Below, piece after piece: positions 51,153-62,717 of a stretch of DNA of 64,000 nucleotides. The DNA is from Hydrolagus affinis (lineage: Eukaryota). Under the pieces are notes generated by a model. The model was not told where the DNA came from. It did no database searches and worked only from the letters and a program-made list of their open reading frames with translations. The number at the start of each line of letters is the position of its first letter. Position 1 is the stretch's first letter. A program made the translations under genes and the position numbers. The stretch spans positions 1-64,000 of the forward strand of contig JAAILG010001034.1 in assembly GCA_012026655.1 (NCBI GenBank), given 5' to 3'.

Positions 51153-53949
51153 TCGGCTTATTATTATTATTAAAATTATTATTATCTTACATTTGCTCTA
51201 CATGGTCTGGCAGACAAAACAACACTGTGAAAGTACCAGTAGCATAGAAAAGCAGCACCCTTAGGAAAGCAAGGAGTGAACCTTGGTTCCCTCTGATCTT
51301 CCAAAGCTGGCCTTTGCTTATTCTCAGTCCCTCAATCGCACCATTTCTGGCCAGGGTTTTGAGTCAGCTTACCCTTCTCTCTGGAACACACTCCCCAAAT
51401 CCCTTCACGTTATACTTTCTTTCCTTGCCCACAAAATCAACTCAATCCAGTGCCTTCAGTCAATGCTCAAAGTTACCTCTCCTCTTCTTGCTGTTCTGTG
51501 TTCCACATCATCTTTATGAAGCGCTTTGAGATGTTCATGTAAATGAAGTGTAAGAGTACTTTTCTAATAGGTGATGGATAGGCTAGATGGGACAGCGGCT
51601 ACAGCAACTTGCATTTAAACCATACCTTTTGAATAGGAGAACATCTCAAAGTACTTTATAGAGATAGAATCAGAGTCTGAGAGGAAGATAGCATATAAGG
51701 GATAGGCAGGAATTGGCCAAAGGATGGATAGAGATTATAAACAAAACAACTTGCATTTATGTAGTGCTCCTCACGCAGGCTAGAATCCCAGAGCGCTTAA
51801 GCAGTTAGACACTTTTCATTTACATTTTAATACTGTTTTACAAAATATAATATTTTCTGTGTGACTTTGTTTGAATCGTTGTCTATCATCACAGACAGAC
51901 AAACAGATAAGGTAGACCTGTTTGTGTGGCAGGATTGGCACATTGCTACACCCATGGAGATTCCTCCCAATAGGTTTGATACAGCAGGGACAAAGAAAAG
52001 CCATTATTATTTGTAATCGGTTTTGTTGAAGGCTAGAGAATGCCTTATGAATGTGGTCAGAATACCAACTCTGGTTCACAATTCCCTAGTGCCTCAGTAC
52101 ATTCACACTGTCAACATTTGCTGAAAATCTGCTCCAATGTTCCTTAAATACTTGAGACAGCCCAGAACAATAAAAAGCTCTCGCAGATTCCCAAAGCTCG
52201 AAATCTCACTGTGGGGGGAGTGTAACATTCTGGTATCTTTAACATCACAAGCAGAAGGAAATGGTCAATAGCTTGTTGGAGGTGGAAGGGGTGGGGAGGG
52301 GGATCAGGAATGGGGGGGTGGGGGTGGAAGATGGGGAGGGGGATAGAACACAGCAACACTGTCTAGTTCGACCACCTTTTCTCAGAGGCGCTTTTATCTT
52401 GGTTGAATAGCAAAGATGTTGGAAATGCACGAGTTTCAAATGATGCGTGAGCTGATCACGAGTTGAGATTGTCAGATCAGCTGAGATTGTCAGATCAAAT
52501 TAGACTTAGACTGAGGCTATGCTGGAAAACCCAGCATTTTTTTTTTTGGGTGGAAGAAACAAAATCCATTTCAAGGAAGTCACTGCACCAGAGAACCTGT
52601 TCCACACATCTATAGGTACACACACACCAACATAAAAACAACATTCATATTCAACATTTTGAATTGATATAGACCTCCTCACATAGGGTAGAGTCCCAGT
52701 GCACATCATACACCACACATGGATGGAATGCGATTTTGGCTGCAAAATTCATTCTTGCTTATAGCCTGTCAAGTTTCTATTGATGACTTCTTGTAGGACA
52801 ATCCCCCCCTGCCAATGTGCAGCAATGCAGCAATGACACTATTGCAACCACAGATCGTTGACCTTCTTCTTATATATGCTGCAGAAATAGTCAGTAAGGT
52901 CAGTATTGACTGGTCTAATGAAAGCAGTTAACCTTTGCTACTGCTCTCTGCAGTAGCCTGGGAATGTGATGAGTACCCAAACCGATCTGATCAAAACCTC
53001 AGTATTTCTTGGTGGAGGTTCATTCCTCACTTCTGCTATTCAGATGCACAACTTGATCTTTTGCCCCTAGTTTCTGATCTAGAAAAATTAAATTTGCCAG
53101 AAACTTTTATTTGCATCACAATGCATTTGACAATAACATTATGGGTCAATTTGAAAATTGCAAACTATTTCTCATATATCATTGCAACTTTCAGCAAAAG
53201 CGTTTGCTTGCGTTGCTGAAATCCATAGCGTTTGTCGTCCGCAGGGAAAATTTTGAGGGGAATAGCTGTCTGTACTCATCTTTAATTATCTGCCATGATG
53301 GATATTAAACCATTGATGTAACTCTCACACACTGTAACCATCATTAAACAACAATGCTTCTATGTAAGGTTTGGTTGCCAGTAAACACAAAAAAATATAC
53401 GTTTCAGCAGAATGTATCTCAAAGCATTGAGGGAAAATAGATTGACTTTGATTAAGGGTGAAGGTGACAACCAATTTGCACGCAGAAGGTTCCCATAAAC
53501 AACCACAAAATGAAGGACCAATCTTATCTGGTGGATTTTTGACGAAGCCACTGGGAAAAAAATTCCTTTGAAACATATATTTTCTATTGATTCTTTAAAA
53601 ACGAGGAGGAAATTGCTGTCAGTTCATACAGATTAATATGAGTGATGGAAAAAACATTTTGGTATTGAAGCACAGTCATAAATTCTTTTAACAGGAAAAT
53701 AGATAGATGCTCTCAAAAGAAGATTGTACGGTATGGGAAATGAGCAGAAGAGAATCACAAGATGCTTAATGATGGGCTGAATGGCTTGTTTGAGTGTCAT
53801 AATGCTCTGTGGGGGCAAATTTCCATTGATTAATACAGTACATGGATTGCTTTTACTGGATATTCTGTTATTTGAGAATAAAAAGTAAAATATATTCCTG
53901 TCCATGTGACGTAATACTGAATTATATTTGTATAGTGGCTTTGAACAGG

Positions 53950-54290
53950 AACAACAATATTACATTTCTGTGGCGCATTTCACGTCAGGATCACATCCTA
54001 AGGCTCTGGACAGTCAGTGTGCCTGACCCGAGCTGAGGTTAGGATTGGGGAGGATGCAAGGAAAGCAGGGGGGAAAAAGGAGAGTTACTGATATCAAAAT
54101 CAAGGAGGGTCTTCAGGCAGGACTTGAAGGAGGACAGAGAGGAGGCGAGATTGAGGAATTGCAGGATAGATTTGCAAAGGTTGGGGGTCGAGTGGCTGAA
54201 GGCTTGCCAACTGATAGTAGGGTGGGTGGGTTGAGGGACATGAGGCAGGCCAGAGCCTCATAAGCAGAGGGAGTGGGCAGGTTTGTAGGG
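53950..54290 (-). mobile_element. Older L2 3' fragment
   Basis: Parallels 25888-26230. Confidence 0.62.
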
Positions 54291-54339
54291 GGTAGCGCTG
54301 AAGGTAGTGCTGCCGTTTTTTTCCCCTTGCATCGGTATT

Positions 54340-54639
54340 TCAGCTTGCCACTTGTAGAGCCTTAAAGTTTGCTGTTTTGACCGTACACCTCTACCCTAGC
54401 ATCATGGCTTCAAACCAAGCATCTACCAGCAAAGGTGATTTTTAGGTGAATTTTTAGGTGAATAACAAAGGTCTATTATTATCTGTCATTATTTAATCTA
54501 TTATTAATATGGTATGTGTTAAAATAAGTTAATTTTTTGGGTGTTGGGTTTTCAGCATCGGATCCGCCCGAATATCCAGCATGTCATTTAACCAGCATTG
54601 GCCAGGTCCCGAGGGTGCCAGATAATCGGGCTTTTACTG
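54340..54639. mobile_element. Right-hand fragment of the same Tigger/pogo-type MITE
   Basis: TTTAACCAGCATTGGCCAGGTCCCGAGGGTGCCAGATAATCGGGCTTTTACTG|TA matches 21138-21192. ATCATGGCTTCAA..ATCTACCAGCAAAGGTGA matches the transposase start. Confidence 0.8.
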
Positions 54640-56805
54640 TAGTATATTCTGTGAAGTATTTTGAGACATTTCAACAACATCATATAGGTAGCTTTATATC
54701 AAATGCACAATTATTATTGTTGTTATTATTATTCAAAAAGGCTATTGGAATGAATTCCCAAATCAGAGGTTGGTTGCTTCTACATGGGTTTTTTTGATTT
54801 TCCCCCAGCTTGTTCAGGGAAGTTAGTAAAAACATACAGCTTAGAGGCAGTGCACACTTGATGGGCTAAATGGCTTCCTTCTGCATTGCAAATTTCTATG
54901 ATTCTAAGTCTTTTGGATTGACATCGACACAATTACAGTGTTGAATCTACACTGAATTCAACGTAAAAATAAATGAGGGCCATAATATGTTTAAAGATTG
55001 ACTTCTTTTCAGCAACCCTATAATATTTCAGTCAAAGCATTAATGTAGGGTGTCCTCGATTTCATTGTATAGAACTCCCTGACGCTCCCAGCCACATAAA
55101 TATGATGATTGGGGAATACAAGCCTCATACTGAATTGATCTATAGTATAAATAGCTTGGTCTTGTCAGAGACATCAAGAGAAAGCTAATCAATGCGTCCA
55201 GTGAAGACATCAGTGAGGGTACAGATCAAGGCTGGTGACTTCCTGTGCTTTCTCTTACACACACATATAAATCCAACAGAGCTGTAAAAATGGCATTGTA
55301 CTACTTACTGAACAAACTATGTGAAGCTTCTCTTGCAAGTTGGCATTGGTAACACTCCTTTGATGTGCGGATTTCCTTTTTTGAGTTTTTAACAGTGATT
55401 TATTTACACTAACATAAAAGGGTATGAAGAGCATAAAAAGCTCTTCAAAGCAAGGCTGTTCAGCAGGATGAACAGATTTAGCACACAGGAAAAAAAAGCT
55501 TGAGCCATAGTCCTCAATTATCCCCCAGTCTTGGTAGTCAGACAAAACAGCCTTCTGCACTGGATTTAATTGGAGATTAGATTTCACAGAACGTAAAGCA
55601 GGTTTCAGTTATTTGAAAGCGCTTTAGCAGTAATTCTCTCAAGAGGTTGTCATCACCTGACCAGTGCATGATTGTCTTCCCACCCTGGCTTAACCCAGGA
55701 GAAAACTGCTAGCTGTTAGACACTGGGCAGGAGAATTCAATTTCACAGACAGCTCTAGGCCATTTAATGCGACCCCGGGGTTTGAACATCTTCTTCATTG
55801 GTGTGAATAATGGACTGGTATTTATTTTGTCATCATGATTTTCTGTGCAGTGCTTAAATGGCATCAAATTGGAATATTAATTGTTGTGGATTTAAGAAAA
55901 AACTGATGGGCCAAGCACTGGGTGACATTGATAAACATATCTACGATTTATATGCCTCCCTTGGGACGTCCTCCTGACATGAAAGGCGCTCTATAAATGT
56001 AATTTATTTTTGTTGTTGTTGTTGCTCGTAGATGTAGTTTTGGTAAAAGAATAATCCATGCATTTAGTACAGCATTCTTATTACATCAGAAGGGCATCTC
56101 AGAGGGCTTCACTGGATTTTACTGTGAAATGAAGTGACTATGTGTTTGTAGGCAAACGCAGCAGCACAGTTGTGCACAACAATATCTCATAAACGCAAAC
56201 GAAACAAGATACTAATTTTATTTGGCAGATTGATGGTCACATAAATTCCCTGGTCTTATTGAATAATAGGATAGTGTCTCAATAAGCTTCACAGAATTTA
56301 CTGTGAATTGTGATGTGTCTGAATATTTTGTAGGCAAACACGGCAGCCAATTTGCACACAGTCCCACAAACAGCCATGAAGTGAAAGACCAATTTTATCC
56401 GGAAGCTTGTCGGCCAAGACACTGAGAGAAAATACCATCGCACATATATTTCTATTGATTTATTAAACTCAATTCTGACTTAGGGCAATAAATGGGGTTA
56501 ATATGAGGCAGAAAGTGGTTTTAATGACCAATTAAACTACAGATTCTGTGCACATTTTATATGCTTTCCACATTATGCTGAGTGACATAAATACAGAATC
56601 ACCTGATTTATTGGAAACAGCATTACCTACCCTATTGTGACCACTCATTGTCTCAGCTTATCAATGTTTCAGGGAAGAAAACTTGACAGTTTTAGACAGT
56701 ACAGTACAGTATATTCAGTGAAGCACTTTGAGACATCTCAAAGATTTGATAGAGTATTATATCAAATGCAAGGATTATTATTATTATCATAAATGTTTGG
56801 ATACT

Positions 56806-57192
56806 GGTCAGCCTAGCTCAGGTCCCAGCATGCTTGCTTCTGAGTCACAAGGTTAAGGGTTCAAGCTCCACATTGGCATTTGGAATTTATACAGGCTATC
56901 ACTCCAATATTGCTTGGGGTACCACCCTTATTTATTGTTAAGTTAAACCAAACTCCCGTCTGCCTGTTCTGGTGGTTGTTAAACATCCTATGATACAATT
57001 CAAAAAAGAGAAGGGAGTTTCTCCTGATGTTCTGGCCAGCAATCCTCTGTATGAAAATTGGTCATTCACTTCATGGGACACGCTGTGCAGATGTTGGCTT
57101 CTGCAGTTACCTCCACTAAACATGACAGAAATCCGGTGAAGTACTTTGAATACTTTCCTTGTGTCAAAGGCATTATATCATATTATTATTAT
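56806..57192 (+). mobile_element. Older Deu-SINE
   Basis: GTCAGCCTAGCTCAG...TCTGAGTCACAAGGTTAAGGGTTCAAG...GTTAAACC...CCCGTCTGCCTG. Confidence 0.7.
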
Positions 57193-57684
57193 TCATATAC
57201 TGTATGTATATTAGTGTCTTGCACCAGTCGCAAATCAACTTGGTGCATTATCTTGTAACTAGGATTTACAGGTGTCAATCAAACATAATCATATGTTGAT
57301 GTATTCTCGTCAGTCAATGGTGAATGACAACCATCGATTTAATAATTTTTTAAAAAAAATCTATTAGGTTCCTAGTTCCACTGTTTCCAGCTGATTTCCT
57401 CCTTACTCAACAACAACAGCAACAACAACTTGGATTTATATAGCACCCTCCACGCCAGACGGAGTCTCAGAGCGCTTCAATATTTCAGCTGTTAATGTCT
57501 CTAACAGAATGCTGGAACCAAGAAGAAACAATCTTTTAGTCTAATGTGAAGATGGTGCGGTCATATTCTAAAAAGATAAAATAAGATGGGTCAAAGAATC
57601 TTCTTCACATGATCATCTTGTGAACAAATCCAACTTGCTTCACTTTTCCTCCCACCATGAATTTTATATACTCGTCCAGAACAG

Positions 57685-57858
57685 AACATACTGTAAAGTG
57701 AATTGATTGTATATTTATGGGCGAAACGCGGAAGCCAATTGCACACAACAGTCTTAGATTGCAAATTACCAATTTTTTTTTTTTTTTTGAGGGAGAGATT
57801 ATTATTAGGCATGTGGACAAAGGAAACGACTGCTCTAACCATTGAGCTAAAGGACTCC
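57685..57858 (-). mobile_element. Internally deleted tRNA/Deu SINE
   Basis: Core plus head end TGCTCTAACCATTGAGCTAAAGGACTCC. Confidence 0.78.
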
Positions 57859-58594
57859 AAATCTATATACTGTAAATTGTATTCTAAGGTAAAATAAAAA
57901 CCTTTGAATACCTCTTTTGTTTGGTTAGCTAGACAACAGTTAGCCATGTGTTTGACATATGGAAACACAAAGAGTATCCAAACGCGACTCATAGAAATGT
58001 TCCTATGTCTGGAATGGAATGCACATTCTTTGCTTGGAGGGATACACCTTGCTTGCCTATTTCCATAATGTATTAGCTGCACATTGTCCAGTGTGATGGA
58101 TTACTCCTGGAGTTTAATAAACCACATATATCACCCATCAATGCGAGGACTGTCTGGGAAGACTTATCGCTTGAGAAAAATGAAAGAAATGGATATGGTA
58201 ATATGGTTAATAAGTCCACACTGAGATAAATAAACTAGCCAGCTCTGTGTAATATTGACAATTTACGATGAAATTAGATAATTATTTTGAAACTTGTAGG
58301 CTGAAATGGGGGATACGTGAGATTGAGAGACAGATGATATTTGAAATTGGGCCTGGCTGGATAGGTAATTTCAAATATCATCTGAATCCATAGTAGATTC
58401 CTATGTTTAGCTGTGCCTGACCTCAATGATATTCTATAAAAAATTTGATTTTGAATAGCAGAAACCAAATTTAAAATGCTGTAACAAACATGATAACATA
58501 GATACAATGCAAAATAATAATATACAGTAATAAGTTCCTGCAGACAAGAGCAGCAGAATAACTGCAACTCAAGTTCAATTAGCAACCAACGCTA

Positions 58595-58825
58595 TCTGAA
58601 ACACAAACAGAAATCGCTGGGAACACTCAGCAGGTCAGGCAGCATCTATGGAGAAAGGAAAAGTGAGTCAACATTTCGGATCCGCGACCCTTCGTCAGAA
58701 CTGAGGTCATGGGCTCAGGGTCGTGGACCCAAAATTGACTCGCTTTTCCTTTTTCCGTCGATGCTGCCTGTGATTTCTGTTTGTGTTTCAGATTTCCAGC
58801 ATCTGTAGTATTTTGCGTTTTTGTT
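58595..58825. mobile_element. Fold-back Penelope-like/hammerhead-family insert with ~11-bp TSD
   Basis: AACCAACGCTA at 58584-58594 and AACCAATGCTA at 58826-58836; inverted arms. Confidence 0.78.
58666..58702 (-). ncRNA. Minimal type I hammerhead ribozyme motif (core intact)
   Basis: AGTT CTGACGA A GGGTC GCG GATCC GAAA TG TT GACT. Confidence 0.55.
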
Positions 58826-59626
58826 AACCAATGCTAATAGTGCTAGTATTATTATTATTATTATTACGATGCAAACGTGTTGGTTTCCCCTTCTCAAATT
58901 GGAATAGAACGTGATAAGAATTCTGACCAAAATTTCTTATAGTTGGATGTTTTAATCTCAGCACTAGTAAATACGAGAGTGACTATTTCCTTCATCTTTT
59001 AAGGACTAGAGAGAGGTGTGTAATACTCTGCCTGGAGTAATATGACCACAGGTATCAATACATTTTATATCTGAGAAGCATTCCATAGCTTACAATGGTC
59101 ATGCTACCTGGAGCCTTATACCAAGTTCTCGTTTTTAATAGAGGATTTCAGTTTCGTTTGGTCACCCTAAACATTTATGTTTTATGTTCTAAATTTTTTA
59201 TACTTTCTATTTATTATTTATTCTGCTGAGTTGTCATGCAAACTAGCTCTCACGTGAACTAAGCCCGGCTGTCACATCTATAAGGTATTTGTTGTTTGAT
59301 GTGTTGTGTGCCTGAACTCCGTAAATATAAATGTATGTAAGTGCAGTTTCAATAAAAATCTCTGTTTGCACATCAGACTGCAGTGTTCAGCGCCTGAGAT
59401 ATTGCCACTCATACCTTATTTAAAGAAAATGCTGCAGTGAATGATGAAATTCTGACTGTAAACAACCTTTCACTGACACCCTACAGAATAAGCAATGACC
59501 AATAAGCAATTCCTTAGCAATGACCCTGGCATCAATGAACATGATCTATAAACTAACTAATCAGAGTTCCCGCAGACAAGAGCAGCAGAACAACTGTTAC
59601 TCCAGCTCAATTAGCAACCAATGCTA

Positions 59627-59869
59627 TCTGAAACACAAACAGAAATCGCTGGGAATACTCAGCAGGTCAGGCAGCATCTATGGAGAAAGGAAAGTGAGTC
59701 AACGTTTCGGGCCCACGAACCTTCGTTAGAACTGATTTTGTGGATTCAGGGTCGTGGAGCTGAAACGTTGACTCACTTTTCCTTTTTTCACAGATGCTGC
59801 CTGACCTGCTGTGTGTTCCCAGTGATTTCTGTTTGTGTTTCAGATTTCCAGCATCTGCAGTATTTTGTT
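59627..59869. mobile_element. Second fold-back Penelope-like/hammerhead-family copy (hammerhead core mutated)
   Basis: ~95-bp inverted arms. The minus-strand core at 59697-59733 reads CTAACGA (G5 to A). Confidence 0.78.
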
Positions 59870-60247
59870 AACCAATTTAACAAAGTTAACCTAACTTTGG
59901 CCCACAAAGTACAGTCACTTTACAATATATTCCGCAAAGCGTTTTGAGACATCTCAACAACACGATAAGGTGCTATATCAAATGCAATTATTATTAATGT
60001 GTGTGTGGGGGAGGGAGGGGGGAGGAAGTGGGAGTGGGGGAGGATTTTGCTTGGAAAGCAAGTTAAATCTGTGTTCACACATCAGTTTGAACGAGTAATC
60101 CAGATAAAATTATGAATTTTAGAAATACAGTACATGGCAGAGACCTGCTGTGCACAATATTTATCAATGAAAAGATCTGATGGGATAACATACAAGTAAG
60201 ATAGTCATTGCTTTTACCCTTATATTCTACATTCCTATTCCTGTGGT

Positions 60248-60347
60248 NNNNNNNNNNNNNNNNNNNNNNNNNNNNNNNNNNNNNNNNNNNNNNNNNNNNN
60301 NNNNNNNNNNNNNNNNNNNNNNNNNNNNNNNNNNNNNNNNNNNNNNN
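60248..60347. other. Assembly gap (100 N)
   Basis: Run of 100 N. Confidence 1.
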
Positions 60348-60412
60348 TCTCCCCAGCTTGGTCTCCACAGCTTGCAAGAGATGTGCTCTTACCACTGAGC
60401 CACAGGAGCTCC
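60348..60412 (-). mobile_element. SINE head running into the gap (14-nt duplication variant)
   Basis: TCTCCCCAGCTTGGTCTCCACAGCTTGCAAG...CCACTGAGCCACAGGAGCTCC. Confidence 0.8.
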
Positions 60413-61261
60413 ATATGGTTTATTATATAATAATAATCATTTAATTTGCATTTAGTGCTATAATGTTGAAAATGTCTCAAAACACTGCACAGGGTTTCAG
60501 TAAAATGCAATCACTACATAATAGTATATCAGGCAATAGCTTTTGTTGGGCATTGCAATACAGTGTGAAATGTTAATGTGCTTTAGTATATGGCTCTGTG
60601 GTTAAATCAGGGAGCAGTGGACACGGATATTGAATATAGACATTCCTGAAGCAAGACAGACTTGCTAATTTGCAGAACAATATTGTTGTGAGATTAAAGA
60701 AAGAAATAACATCACTCAAATTCACTTTCTACTTTTACTGGTGTGGAGCAATTTGTAAGATAATATTCCAAACACCAAATAGGTGGAATTATCGTCAGGA
60801 GTTTAGAACAGAAAATAACATAGCAAAATAATAATAATATAATAATCCTTAAGTTTATATAGCGCTTTCCACGTCTTATCGACGTCTCAAAGTGCTTCAC
60901 AGAATACAACAACGTCCCAAGGTTGGGACCAGAGCAGGGAGGGAGGAGGGGTCGTGGCTGGGGGAAGGAAAGTAGGAAAACTGACTGTATATTTGTGGAC
61001 GAAAATTCAATGTAAAATAAGATTAACATTGAATGCTTCATCTTGTTAGTATCTGTCAGTTCCTAATGGAAGGCTCGTAAATATGTGCCCCATCTTTCCT
61101 GGTGTTTTCCATTCATCCACAGTAAGTCTAGTGAACATTTATTTTTATTTTGTGACCCACATGTTTGATACATGCACAGTATTTGAACACTAATTCTATT
61201 TATTGCAAATAGAGAGAACAGCACACCCATTGTAGACGATATTGAACCCACAAATTACTTT

Positions 61262-61367
61262 TCACCCACAAAATTTACAGTCAATTCACTTTACAGTATA
61301 TTCTGTGAAGCGCTTTGAGATGCCTCGAAGATGTGAAAAGGCGCAATATCAAATGCAAGGATTATTT
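61262..61367 (+). mobile_element. tRNA/Deu SINE 3' fragment
   Basis: CAGTCAATTCACTTTACAGTATATTCTGTGAAGCGCTTTGAGA...AAATGCAAGGATTATT. Confidence 0.82.
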
Positions 61368-62400
61368 ATAAACCAATGGCCAGACCCAGCACCTTAGGAA
61401 TAGGAATATAGAATATAAGTGTAAAAGCATTCACTAGCTTACTTGTATGTTATCCCATCAGATCTTTTCATGGATAAAGATTGTATACAACAGATCCCTG
61501 ACATATATTTCTAAAACTCATAGTTATAAAACTATAGATATTAAAGACCTACACCTCAGAGACCCAATTTCTTAATCAAACCAAATTAATTCACATTAAA
61601 ATATAATGAAGAATGTTACATAAGTGTTACAAACAGAATACTTGATAAAACACTTGTAAAGGGCTTGTATACATGTGGATATGTCTCACTCATATGTTAC
61701 ATTACCTTATTTAGTTATAAAGGTGCCTTCCCATGTTGAAATAAATCAGAGATAACACACAGAAGATCCTTAACGGAGGATCAGGAAACCAACATTAGTG
61801 CACTGCCTAATTACAATGATTATTGATCCATTCACTGCGCAATTCTTTATTCCGCTTTAAACAAAATGTGTTCAGGGCAGCATTAGCTTTGAGTTACATT
61901 TGCATTGATAGCTGCACAGTTTAAACAAGGAAAAAGTAAGTCAATGACTGGCATAGCACTTAGTGAATAAAGAGGATGCATTCAATAGAAATTGCAGCAA
62001 ATTTCAAAAATGAATCATTAATGATTAATACGGTCAATCCTGAGAGGTTCAAACCACACACATTACACCGTCATTCTGAGAGCCTCTGTTCGATAAGAGG
62101 TGGCTGGAGTAAAAGCGAACACTATAACTGTGAACTGTAGCCAGCTTTTATTTAGACGGAATTGTATTAAAAGGGCATTATCAACATGGAAAAATGTTAT
62201 CAACATGGAAAAATCCACTGTTGTGAAGCGCTCTGAGACGCCGTCCAGCGTGGAGGGCGCTATATAAATCGAAGTTGTTGTTGTTGTAACTGTTCATTAT
62301 GTGTTGTGAAGCCCACTGCACTCCTTCCATGTGGTATGGCTTACTTTTATGTTCCCCAGCCAGCAGTGTATAGATTTCAAATTGTTTTGTTGGGGCAGTG

Positions 62401-62717
62401 TAATAATATAATAATAATCATAACCCTTGCATTTGATATAGCACTTTTCACATCTTATCGACGTCTCAAAGCACTTCACAGAATATACTGTAAAGTGAAT
62501 TGACTGAATATTTGTGGGCGAAACGCGGCAGCCAATTGAGCACAGCAGTGTCCCACAAACAGTCATGGATTGAAATGACCAATTTTATTATTGTGTCTTT
62601 TTTTGAGGGATTATTATTAGGCGTGTGGAGTAAGGAAACTTACCCAAAGTTTTGCCCTGATCTGCCTGGATTCGAACACAGGTCTCACACTTGTAAGGCG
62701 AATGCTTCAGGAGCTCC
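62401..62717 (-). mobile_element. tRNA-derived Deu-domain SINE, short form
   Basis: Family match with a small deletion in the A-box region. Confidence 0.88.

Noticed and set aside
57591-58082. 163-aa minus-strand ORF
   Set aside because: Overlaps a SINE remnant and has no recognisable domain; spurious.
3896-62717. CRISPR-like or regularly spaced array suggested by recurring motifs
   Set aside because: Repeats are dispersed at irregular kb spacing and belong to SINE/LINE families; eukaryotic context with no cas genes.
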